Assembly: GCF_000142905.1 (NCBI RefSeq)
Contig: NW_013657663.1
Location: forward strand, 310,001 to 374,000
From: Thecamonas trahens ATCC 50062
Lineage: Eukaryota; Protista; Apusomonadida
Length of the DNA: 64,000 bases
Direction of reading: 5' to 3'
Part shown: positions 22,748 through 33,729 of the stretch, one piece after another
Layout of the letters: the number at the start of each line of letters is the position of its first letter
How positions within the stretch are numbered: position 1 is the first letter of the stretch
Translations under genes and position numbers: made by a program
The notes under the pieces: model-generated
Told to the model about the DNA's origin: nothing
Seen by the model: only the letters and a program-made list of their open reading frames with translations
Databases searched by the model: none

Positions 22748-24188
22748 ATGGTAGGTGGCTCAGGCGAGGGAGGGGATGGGGGGATGGGGAAGGGAGGAGA
22801 GGGAGGGGGGTCGGGCATTGTGGACGTGGGCCGGGCTAGCGTCCGGTGGGCTACGCCAACCAACTAACGATCTCGGCTTGGGCGTGGCTCTGTGGGGTTG
22901 TGGGGTTGTGGGGTTGTGGGGTTGTGGGGTTGTGGGGTTGTGGGACTTTGGTCTTGTGCGTGCGTGTGTGTGTGTGTGTGTGTGTGTGTATCGTCGGTGC
23001 CTGGGGGCGGAGGCTGGGCAGGGTGCTAGCCGCAAGCGGGTGCGCAAGCGGGTGGGGAGCGCCAAGGACAGTGGTGGAAGTGTGGGCAAGAAGGGGAGCA
23101 AGGGCAAGGGCAGGAGCAAGAAGCGGGTGCGGAAGAGCACGGGGTCGAGTAAGGGCCGCCGGCGGCGGAGTTCAAAGTCGGGCGCGAGCAGCAGCGGGCG
23201 GCGGAGAAAGAGGACCAAGAAGCGGACGCACTTTACGTCGATCTCAGGCTCGGGCTCGGGCTCGGGCTCGGAGACGCAGACTCAGGCTGGGTTCTTTAGC
23301 TCGGGCGTCGATGCCATCCCGACCAAGGCCGATCTCGCGCACGCTGATCAGCTGGTGAAAGACTTTCCGGAAGATCCGCGGGTGTACAACAAGCGGGCCA
23401 AGCTCCACGTCCTGCTCAACCACAACCAGCAGGCGCTCAACGACTACGCGACGGCAATCCACCTGCAGCACCCTCCAGCGTCGATCTACTACCTCAACCG
23501 CGGATACTTCTACGAGAAGCTCGGGCTGCTTGCGCAGGCGCTCGACGACCTCGACATGGCGATCCAGCTCGGCCCGAAGCGGTCGCGGATGCAGGCTGCG
23601 TATCTGTTTCGCGGGCGGGTTCTGCGCAAGCTGGGCGAGTTTGACCTGGCCGGAAAAGATCTCGACACTGCTGCACTGTATGAAGGCCCGGCAACCGAGC
23701 GCATCCAGCAGGAGATCAATCTGCTTGCCGCCGCCCGGTCGCGCAAGCACGGTGGAAAGAGCAAGAGCAAGTCCAAGAAGAGTAAGAGCAAGTCGAAGAA
23801 GAGCAAGTCCAAGTCGAAGAAGCGGGCCCGGCTCGTAGAGCCTGCCGTCTCGCGCTCGCACAAGGCGCGGTCGCGGCGGTCGCGCGGTAAGATCTCGTCG
23901 CGGCATCCGACACCGGCGGTGTGGCCCGGCGGGAGCTCGGATGACGATTCGGACGATGATGACGAGTCAGAGAGCAACAAGAAGAATCGTAAGGGGAAGA
24001 AGAAGACCCGCGTCAAGAAAAAGGCCAAGGCCGACAGTGGATCTGGACGCAAGAAGGTACGGACCAAGAAGAAGGGCTCGACCAAGAAGAAGGGCTCGAC
24101 CAAGAAGAAGGGCTCGACCAAGACCAAGACCAAGACCAAGACTCGGAAGCGGGTCAGGACCAAAAAGAAGAGCAAGAGTAAGAAATAA
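22748..24188 (+). CDS. Lys/Arg/Ser-rich protein with about 3 central TPR motifs; predicted ATG-only exon 22748-22750 and intron 22751-23021
   Basis: TPRs VYNKRAKL..ALNDYATAI, YYLNRGYFYEKLG..ALDDLDMAIQL, AYLFRGRVLRKLG. ATG|GTAGGT...ACTAAC...CAG|GGT is in frame; the 5' structure is inferred. Confidence 0.7.
22891..22989. repeat. (TGTGGGGT) x6.75 followed by (GT)n inside the predicted intron
   Basis: Direct observation. Confidence 0.9.
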
Positions 24189-24257
24189 ATGGCAGATGCC
24201 GTCTCAAAGCCTTTGTTTGTGTATGGGCATCATCGCGTGTGTGGTACATGACACAGG

Positions 24258-27200
24258 CTAGCGGGCAAGAGAGGCGTTGGATCGCGGATGTTCGCTGGCG
24301 TTGATGCGGCGGCGCGAGGCAATGCTGCCTCGCGACGCGGCCGACTTGTTGAGGCGCGGCGAGGCCGCGGCCGATACTGACATCGATGCCGACGACGAAA
24401 AGGCGGGGAAGCTCTTTGCCGACGGCGAGGTGACCGGCGACTCGCTTGAGTCTGAAGACGACGACGACGAGGCATCCGCGTCGGCCGGCGGGCGTGGCGG
24501 GAGCGGGCCAGAGTCCACTAGCTCGGTCGAGGCCAGACCGACCGAGGCCTTGGAGCCGGCGGTGGAGAGCTGCTGCGGCGACGAATTGTCGACAAAGACA
24601 GCGCCGGTCATGATCGAGTGGCGGAAGGTGGCGACGGCAGTGGCGAGGCGGGCCTTGCTGGCTTCGTCGACGGCGTACATCTCGAGGAGGTGTGACTCGG
24701 TATTGGCCCAGACGTGGGCCTCGCGCGAGTGCTTAAGAAGAAGGGCGGCCGAAGCCGAGGTGTCTGCACTGTCAAGGTTGGTCGGGCTCACCTTGGACTG
24801 GGCAGCGCGCTTGAGTTTGAGCTCGAGGAAGAGGTTGTGGAGGAGGGCGGCAAGCGCAAAGGCAAGAACACCCCAGAGCGCGATCTCAAAGAAGTAGCGG
24901 ACGCCGTCGGTGGGGAACTCTTCCGCGTAGAAGCAAAAGCCAAGGCCGAGGAGGGCAAGGACGATGCCAGAGAGGGTAGCGTCCATCTTGTTGTACATAG
25001 GGTCGTAGTACGGCTCAATCTTGATCTGACACACCAGGTAAATGCCAAAGACGGCCGAGAGGCCCATGATCTGCCAGAAAGGCCACTGCGAGAGGAAGAG
25101 TGCGAGGACAACAATGAGGAGCCGCTGAAAGAGTCGCGAGAACTCAAAGTACCAGTAATGATGACGGTAGAGATCGTAGAGCGTGCCGTAGATGGCGAGC
25201 GCGTGCGGCGATGAGAGCTCGTGGCGGACACGATAGATGCGCAGGCCAAGGTAGAGCGGGATGCCGATGGTGAAGACGATGAGGGCGACGATGCCGATGG
25301 GCAGGACAGTAAGCCACTCGCCGGTGAAGCACTCCACCGAGGGGTCTTCGTCGTAGGTGTACGTGCCCTCGGGTGTCCGAGTGCAGTCAAAGAGGACAAG
25401 CGAGGCCCGCGAGAGCGAGAGGTACAGCATGGGACCGAGGACGGCGACGGTCTTCTCCAGCACTGCCGAGAGCGGGGCTTTGAGGCGGATCGAGCACGCA
25501 AGCGGTGTCTTGAGCAAGCCGGCAAGCGGGATAAAGAGCAACGCCATGACCAGCGGATACATGGTCTTGAGCGTGTAGCGGACCACAAAGTCGTCGAGCA
25601 CGCACTCGACGGCCAGGTACGAAGTGTCAAAGTTGGCCAGGTTGAGCAGCTGGTAAATTTGCTTTGACGACGACGGCCACTTGAGCTGCGATGAGGTGCC
25701 GATGATACCCACAACCTGCAGGAAAACAATGGTGGCCGAGAGCGCAAACGGGACTCGCGACCTGTGCGACAGCGAGTGCTTGGACTGCATCATCGCCCAC
25801 GATGTGCGCGAGCGCGGGAGCGTGGGACGACCAGAGCTTCGTGTCGGAAGCGACGACACCAGCGCAGCGTCGATGCAGACAAGGAAGATGGACCAGGAGA
25901 TGACAACCACGACAAGGACAAACCAAAAGGCTGAGAACATGACCCACGAGACGCCCGGACAGAATCGGCACTCGAGATCAGGGGTCGAGTAGTAGCCGGG
26001 GGCGCACTTGCGGCAGCCGACACCAGTGTAGCCGGGAGCGCACGTGTCGGCACCCGGACAAGCGTTAGGACGGACGCACGATTCGAAGAGTGTGGCCGAT
26101 GCCAGCTGGTAGTGACCGACAGACGAGACAGGAGCGGCGAGCCCGCCAGCGCACACGGCACCCGAAGGGCATGCAATGCACTCGGAATCAATAGTGCCAT
26201 CGGGTGAGTAGTAGTCAGCAAGGCAAATGCACGGCGGCACGCCATCGATGGTGCCGTTGTTGTAGAGCGGCGACGAGAGCGGGGCGCGGTCCGAGCCGGC
26301 CGGACAGGTCACACACTCTTGGCGGATGACAATCGAACCCTCAGGGCAAATCACCACCGGCTCGCAGCGGTCGAGCGAGGTGATGGTCGACGCCTCGCCG
26401 GAAGGACACAGGTCGCATGCCAGTGGGTTGCCGTCGAGGCTGACCAGGCCGTAGTCGGGGCCGCACTGCTCGACAGTGATAGGGAACGCTACGCTGAGGC
26501 CCGACGGGCCCGAGACAGTCGCGACAATCTGGGCCGACGCTGAGAGGCTGGAAATGTCAAAGATGGACGCGTCGGCGGCATAGACAGCAATGTCAGCAAA
26601 CGAGAGACTAGACTGCCCGCGGGTGAGTGGAGCCGAGCCGGCGAGCGAGAACTGGGTGTCGGGCGTGACCGTAAAGGTGATGGCCGAGCCGGGTTCGACC
26701 ACGACAGCTCCGTGGGCATCGCGGGTGATGACGGCGCCAGTCTCGAGGGCGACGCCGACCATTCGTGTGGTTGGCGGCGCGATGGCGGCCGTGAGGCTCG
26801 CCACGGCCGTAGCAGCCGGCAGTCCGTAGCGTGAGACTGTAGCAAGCGACGAGGCGGTTGCGGCGAGCGTGGCAGCGCCTGAGCCCTCGACCCAAGGAGC
26901 GACGGTGTTGGGCGCAAAGCCTGCGGTAGCCCCAGGCGCGCACGAGAAGAGGATGCCGCCGGCGCCCGCGGTAAAGGCAGGCGCAGGGCCAGGTGCAAGA
27001 TAGCTGCCACAGGCGATGCGAGCATCACAAGCGAAGAACGCGCCGCCAAACTCGGCGTGGTTGCCGGCGGCAAAGTGGGCGTTGTTGAGAGCCAGGCTGG
27101 CAGACGCGCCGGCGGCACCGCTCGGCGAGGCGGAGAGCGGGAGGGCGGCCGGGTTCGAGAGGAGGAAAGAAGTGGCGGTGGCGGTCATGGCGCGACGGAA

Positions 27201-30200
27201 AGCCAAACCACGGACGGCAAACAGGCCGCCGTAGCGGGCGTAGTTAGCGGCAAAGACGCAGCCGTCAAAGGACGCGGGAGGGCTAGAGAGAGCAGAATCG
27301 ACAGTGTTGATCGCGGCCACGCCGCCGGCGCCAGACGCCGAGTTGGAGGTGAAGACCGAGTTGGAGACGGTGAGCGAGGCACCGTTGGTTGTGTCGAGGA
27401 AGAAGACGCCACCGTTGGTGGTGGCGGAGACGTGGGTAAAAGTAGAGTTGACAACTGCAAGCGAAGATGCCTTGCCGGTGATGGAGGCAAAGCCACCGGC
27501 GATAGCGCCCGTGATGTGGGTGGCTGAGACGCTGATGAGCGAGGCCGTTGCACCGTTGGCGACGGTGAGGACCGCGCCGCGAGATCCATCGATCGAGTTG
27601 GAAACATCGACGCCGGTGAAGGAGACCGATTCGAGAGTGAGCGATGCGGTGGCACCTGATACGGAGATCAGCGAGTTTGCGGCGGCGTCGACGTTTGCAG
27701 AGCCGCCGACAACGTTGATGCCGCGAAGGGTGACGTCTGTGGCGGCAATGTCGGCCGAGAGGGCAAAGAGAACGCCACCGTTGGTGGGCTCGCCGACCAT
27801 GTCGGCGCTGCAGTCAAAGACGACTGAGCCAGGGCCGTCGGAGGCAGTGAGGACGAGGGTCATGCTGTCGAGGATGTAGGGACCAGAGCGGGCCGAGAAG
27901 CAGCCAGTGTAGCGGCCGGCAGGAACGCGGACGGTGACTGACGAGGCGCAGGCCGACGAGGCCGAAATCGCGGCGACAATGCAGGCCATGTTGTAGCCGC
28001 AGACCGTGGGCTCAACGTCGAGAGTCTGCGGGCCAAATTGGAAACCGAGCGAGATTGTCTGTATGTAGACAAAGACCGAGGGCCCCGCGGTGACGACGAG
28101 GTCTGCGGCGCCATCTGCGTTGACATCGGCGATGTGGGCGGCATAAGGTTCGAGTTGTGAGCCAAAGTCGATAAAGGTTGAGCGTGTGGTGTGGTCAAAC
28201 GAGCCGTCGCCGTCGGGGTTGAACATGAGCAGGACACCGTACGAGGTCGACGGCTGAAAACCGGGAGGGCCACATCAAGCGTGCCGTCGCCCTCGATGTC
28301 GCCGAGGCCGGCAAGCGAGTTGTGCATTTCCCACACGGTGCCGTCGGGCAGGAGCGGGTGCTGGATCCAGACAGCGGCGGCCGGGTTGTGCTCGTACCAG
28401 TAGCAGTACTCGACAAACTTCTTAAAGTAGCAGACGGCAAAGTCGAGGGCAAAGCCGTCGCCGTTGATGTCGCCAAAGACAACGGGAAAGTTGGGCTCGT
28501 TCGGCAGCGTCTGGACGACGGCCTGGGACGACCAGAGAGTGCCGTTGCCATCAGAGTTTTCCCACACAAGCATGCGCTTGCCCTGAGAGTGGCGAAGGAC
28601 GACATCGTTATCGCCGTCGCCGTCGTAGTCGAGAATCCACGGCTCGGAGAAGCCGTTTGAGTAGGATGAGGATCCGATGGCAGTGTAGTTGGTGCCAAAG
28701 TCGGCAAACGGCTGGCCGACGTTGTGCTCGAGCCAGACGGTTTTCGTGTCGAGGTCCCACCAGATGAGGTCGAGGTTGCCATCACCGGTGACATCGCCCC
28801 AGGCGGCGCCACCGACACGCGCCAGGCGTGGCTTGGCGATGTCTGCGAGCTTGATGGACTCAAACGGCGACACTTGCGAGGTGATATCGTTCCCGCGGAG
28901 GATCCAGATGCCCTGAAACTCGTCGATGATGGTGATGTCGAGGAGGCCATCGCGGTCGACGTCATCGATGTCAAACTTGGTAGGCGGCGACGAGAGGGTG
29001 ACGTCCATGGAAGAGTGGAAGGTGCCAGCGCCTGAGTTGGGGAAAAGGGTGGCGTGCTCACCTCCAGCGGCGCCGACGAGAATGTCGACGTCACCGTCCT
29101 GGTCAAAGTCAAGGGTCCTCACGGCGTTGGCTGTCTTGCAAGAGCGCGGGAGGCTGATGGGTGAGTCGAACGAGACGGCCGCAAAGGTCGGGCGGTGGTG
29201 ACGCGACCGGACTCGAGCCACCAGATGGTGTCATCGTCGCGGCCAGCAACGAGCAGGTCCGAGTCGCCGTCCGAGTCGACGTCGACAAAGTCAGCGGTGA
29301 GGAGCGCAGCAGTGTTGCGGATGGGCGTGGTGATGGAGCCTGAGAATGCGCCTGCGGCGTTGAGGCCGATGTTGTGGATGACCGAGACCATGGCGCCGCG
29401 CCAGTTGGAGAGAATGATGTCGTTGAGCATGCCGTCACCATCAAAGTCGACAAGGAGCGAGGACCAGTTGGGCGAGCCGAGGGTGGGGATGACTTGGACG
29501 AGGCTCGAGGCGAGGACGGGAGCCGACGCGTTGGGCGCAATGTTCTCGAGCATCCACAGGCCATGGTTGGTGATCTGGTAGGCAATGACGTCAAGGTCGC
29601 CGTCGTTGTCCATGTCGACCATCTGTGCGCCGCCAAAGTTTTGGCCTTCGCCGTTGCCGCTGGGATAGTTGTCACCCTGAAACTGGAGCCATGGCGCCCA
29701 AGACGTGCCGGCGCCGAGGTTGTAGGTGACGGCGACGCCAAACTTGCCGACGACGACGGCGTCGAGGTCGCCGTCTGCGTCGAGATCACCCATGGCAAAG
29801 TCGCGAACCCAGGGGAGTGAGATGGAGCCGATGGCGATTTCCGACGTGTCAAAAGTGCCGCCGCCGGTGTTGCGCCACCAGCGGGCGGTGTGTGAGCCGA
29901 ACTTGTAGCCGACCGGGACGGCGATGTCAAGAAGTCCATCGCCGTCGACGTCGTAGATGCGGATGTGGCCGACGTTGTTGGTGTCGGCGTTGTCAGTCAT
30001 GGCCACGTCAAAGGCCGGCGTTCCGAGAACGCCGCGGTTCTTGAGAACGACAACCCTGTCGCGGTTGAACGTCATGGCCACATCCATAAAGTTGTCGCCG
30101 TCAAAGTCAGCGGTGGCCAAATGCCACGCGTACTCGACCGTCGAGGTGTAGACCGATCCACCGTTGGTGAATGTGACGGCACCGGGTGTACCCGAGGCGG

Positions 30201-30425
30201 GAAAAATCACCACATCCGAAACGCATGAGACGAGAATGTCGTTGAGCCCGTCGTTGTTAAAGTCGGCGGCGGTGGCGGCACCCGGCTGCGAGCACATCGA
30301 CGGGAGCGCGAGTTGATTTGGCAGGCCATTGCCGTGGGGCAAGTTGCGGCGCGGGCAGACACAGAAGCCGCAAGCAAAACAAGAAGAGCGTAAGACGCAA
30401 GGAGTACCGTAGCCGACAACCGCAT
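24258..30425 (-). CDS. Giant (about 2050 aa) surface protein: signal peptide, FG-GAP/VCBS repeats, Pmp-like beta-helix, Cys-rich repeats, multi-pass TM domain; apparent frameshifts at about 30336, 29190 and 28260
   Basis: MRLSATVLLASYALLVLLAA signal; more than 10 DxDxDGxxD motifs; FxxNxA..GG repeats; C..CP.G repeats; TM block with FLQ...WP...C...YG.LY..Y...PY. Four ORF fragments each join by adding one base. Confidence 0.85.
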
Positions 30426-30676
30426 GGCGAACTTGGGTGCGGCGATGGCGAAGTCGGGTGTGTACGTGTGAGGGTGAGTGAGGTGACGGTGAGCAAGGAT
30501 GGGAGGAGAGAGGCGCGTGCAGCGATTGCGCATCAACTCCACTATTTTTTGGACCTCGTTTTTCTGCAACACTTGGCATTGATGCGTTCGGCGTGGGTTT
30601 GTTGCTCGGTTGCTCCTCGGCCCTGTTGGGTGGTACTTTTCGTCCGCTTTCGTCGGCAGCGCGACAGCGAGAGTCG

Positions 30677-31874
30677 ATGAGTGAGCTTGGACGGGCAACG
30701 TTGCTGTGGACTGTGGCGGCGATGACTATGCTGGCGGTCGTGGGGCTCAGCCCGGGCGTGTGTGCGAGAGGAGCTGGTCCGGATAGCCGTGTCTCTGATG
30801 GGCTCGTCTGGTTTCCTGCGAGTGTGCCGGAGGTGGATGTGGTGGGGCGGGCGGCGCCTGGCGGCGAGGAAGGGAGCGGGCTGATGCTTGACTGGCCTGG
30901 GGTGACGGTTGTGATGGAGGTGGCCAACACGAGCAGGGTTGTGGTAGAGCTGACGGAGACTCGGAGCTGGCCGGTGGGTGAGGGCCGAAGTGCGTCGTGC
31001 CTGTACGTGGTGGTGGTGGACGGCGAGGTGGCAACCGATGCGCTGGCGACGCAGGTGGGGACGAGCAAGTACGTGCTGGCTTCCAAGCTGGAGCAAAGCA
31101 AAGCGCACCGGATTGAGCTCTTCAAGCGGAGTGAGGCCGATTACAACGCGCCGGTGAGCGCCCCGTCTCCGGTGACGCTCGAGCGCATAGGGCTGGATGT
31201 TGGGGGAGGCTGGAGGCTGGCAGCCGCAGCGGGAGCGGGCGGCGGCTGCTGATCGTGGGCGACTCGATCACGTGCGGGTACGGGTGCTGGAGACCGGGCC
31301 GTGCACGCCCAACATTGAGATCGAGTCGGCATGGGAGACATACTGGCGGCGGATGTGCACTCGGTTCGGCGCTCAGTGCATGGTGCTGGCGTGGTCGGGC
31401 CGCGGGCTGGTGACAAACTACCACGCAACCGAGGGGGCGCTCGTGCCACAGCTTGCGAACCGGACGCTGGCGTCAGTGGCCGGCTCGGACTATCGTGGCT
31501 GGCGTGAGTGGATTCCGGACGGCATCTTTGTCAATCTCGGGACAAACGACTATTGCTGCGGCCACGCGCCGGACGCCGTCGATTTTGCGCGTGGCTACCT
31601 CGACTTTGCCCAGCGACTGGCTGGCAAGTATGGCGTTGGACCGAGCGCGATGCCGTTCTTTTTGGGCGTCGGCCCAATGACGATGGCATACAACCAGTCT
31701 GTGCATTTAGCGGCGGAGATGATGGCGAGCGCCGGCTTTGATCGTGTCCACGTTGTGAAGCAGGCGCTGCTGACGCCAGCGGAGACCGGATGCCATGGTC
31801 ATCCAAACGTGGTGGGGCACGCGCGGATGGCGGACGAGATCGGGAGCGTTGTGGGCCGGGTGCTTGGTTGGTGA
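30677..31874 (+). CDS. Secreted SGNH/GDSL hydrolase, carbohydrate esterase family 2-like; apparent frameshifts at about 31238 and 31283
   Basis: Signal peptide; DWPG...HRIELFKRSE N-terminal domain; GDSITCGYG in an intermediate frame at 31258; AWSGRG, NLGTND, GHPN..GH. Confidence 0.85.
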
Positions 31875-31933
31875 ATGACTGCCCGTGAGCGAGCGGCGAG
31901 TGGCAAAGCCAGAATGGATGCGGTACTTGGCTC

Positions 31934-31942
31934 GGCGCGAAA
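31934..31942 (-). promoter_or_regulatory. E2F-consensus site (TTTCGCGCC) about 30 bp upstream of the Ran ATG
   Basis: Exact TTTSSCGC match, with a second copy at 32203-32210 in the Ran intron. Function untested. Confidence 0.35.
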
Positions 31943-31973
31943 GCTGACGGCACCCCTCTCCCCAAGTATCAAC

Positions 31974-33123
31974 ATGGCGGACGACATGCCCACGTTCAAG
32001 CTCCTTCTCGTCGGTGACGGCGGTGTTGGTAAGGTAGGTAACAATAGAGTGCGAGAGTAGCCAGGTTTGCGTTCCAGCCGAGGTGCGTGGGGTACCTGCT
32101 TGCGGAAGCAAGGCGCCAGGCTGGCAATGAGGACACCCCCCGTCCCCCTTTTTCTACCCCGCCCGCAGCTGATGGACGAATCTTCGCGTAGGCTGCCTCC
32201 AATTTCGCGCCCATTTCCTTCTGCAGCCCTTGCGGTTGGTGCTTGCCGCTGGTGGTAGGCTGGTGCGTGCGTGCAGGGCTGTGTTATGACTTGGGTTGGA
32301 CTGTAGTAAGGTCGACCTGCTGCGCGGTGGGAACGTCCCGCTCAAGGTGTTGTGCTTGAGACGGCGCGCCGTCTGGCGCGCAGCTGGCTTTGGGTCGCCG
32401 TGAAGAGGATGGATGGCGAGAGGGGAGGCGGCGGTGGGGCGGGTGCAGCTCGGGCGTGCATGGCTTGATGTCGGGCAGACTCACCTGAGGACATGCCATG
32501 GCTGTGTGTTTGTGCGTGCGTGACTGTGCACAGACCACCTTTGTCAAGCGCCACATCACTGGCGAGTTTGAGAAGACGTACGTGGCCACGCTCGGCGTCG
32601 AGGTCAACCGGCTCGTCTTCCACACCAACCGCGGCCCGCTGCGTTTCAACGTGTGGGACACTGCTGGCCAGGAGAAGTTTGGCGGCCTCCGCGACGGGTA
32701 CTACATCCAGGGTGAGGCGGCTATCATCATGTTCGATGTCACCTCGCGCCCGACGTACAACAACGTCGCCAACTGGTACCGCGACCTGACCCGCGTCTGC
32801 ACCGACGCCATCCCCATTGTGCTTGTCGGTAACAAGGTCGACTCGTCGGCCCGCCAGGTCAAGGCCCGCCACATCATCTTCCACCGCAAGCGCAACCTGC
32901 AGTACTACGACATCTCGGCCAAGAACAACTACAACTACGAGAAGCCGTTCCTCTACCTCGCCCGCAAGCTCGTCGACGACCCAACCTCGAGATTGTCAAG
33001 TCGCCGGCCCTCGCTCCGCCGACCGTCGAGATCTCCGACGAGGCCAAGGCTGCCATGGAGGCCGAGCTCGCTAAGCTCCAGGACATCGCCGTGCCCGACG
33101 ATGGCGACGACGACCTGCTGTAA
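31974..33123 (+). CDS. RAN: Ran GTPase; intron 32034-32533; apparent frameshift at about 32981
   Basis: [13 protein letters not shown]|[40 protein letters not shown]. One added C restores [15 protein letters not shown]...DDGDDDLL*. Confidence 0.97.
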
Positions 33124-33296
33124 ACTCGCTCGTTCTCACACACCATTTTAGCAGCAAGCTGATGTTGAGATTGAGACTGTGTGTCTGCGTGTGTGTGTGT
33201 GTGTATGTGTGCGTGGGCGCGTTGCTCGATGGTGGTAAAGCTGCTGAAGTGTCTGGCCAGGGTCAACAACTGGTGGGACGACTCATGCGAAGCAAC

Positions 33297-33454
33297 AAAT
33301 GTAAAAAAACACAAAAAATCAACCCCGAACGACTAAAAATATACATTTTACATATACAACATTGTACTTTGCAAATACTTTTTAAAAATCATTCCACAGC
33401 TATACAGTCATATATATTTGTATGCATAAAAATATATAATGATATGTATATTTT
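33297..33454. other. AT-rich island (about 23% GC by hand count over 33301-33454)
   Basis: The only extended AT-rich stretch in the window; bracketed by an 11-bp inverted repeat at 33336-33346 and 33444-33454. Confidence 0.9.
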
Positions 33455-33729
33455 GCTGTGAAGCAGCATGCGGCGCCCATTCCATCAAGCTTTCGGGTCT
33501 TTGCCTTCCTGCACGTCATGCATCACATCTATGAGCATAATGCCATGTTGCAAAGACAGAGCACACTGTGCTCTGTCAATTGCACTTGTCGGCTCAGCTG
33601 GTGAGGCAAACGGCCCCGTTTGCTGTCCTCGCGATGCCCATTCTGGTCACTCACCCACCAAGCAACGACGCTGGAGCTCGATGGCACAAGCGCTACTCTC
33701 CCAACCGCTGTTTACGCGACGTGCCACAG

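Noticed and set aside
22891-22944. (GGGGTTGT)n as an interstitial telomere
   Set aside because: Short, intronic, not TTAGGG, and similar GT-rich microsatellites occur at other 5' regions (e.g. about 16385-16490).
32034-32533. Intronic snoRNA in the 500-nt Ran intron (ATGAGGA...CTGA; small hairpins)
   Set aside because: Candidate C and D boxes are under 50 nt apart with no terminal stem or recognisable guide; would need snoscan/Infernal.
33460-33729. SECIS or spliceosomal snRNA explanation for the hairpins
   Set aside because: Neither neighbouring gene has an in-frame TGA, and no U1/U2/U4/U5/U6 signature sequence is visible.
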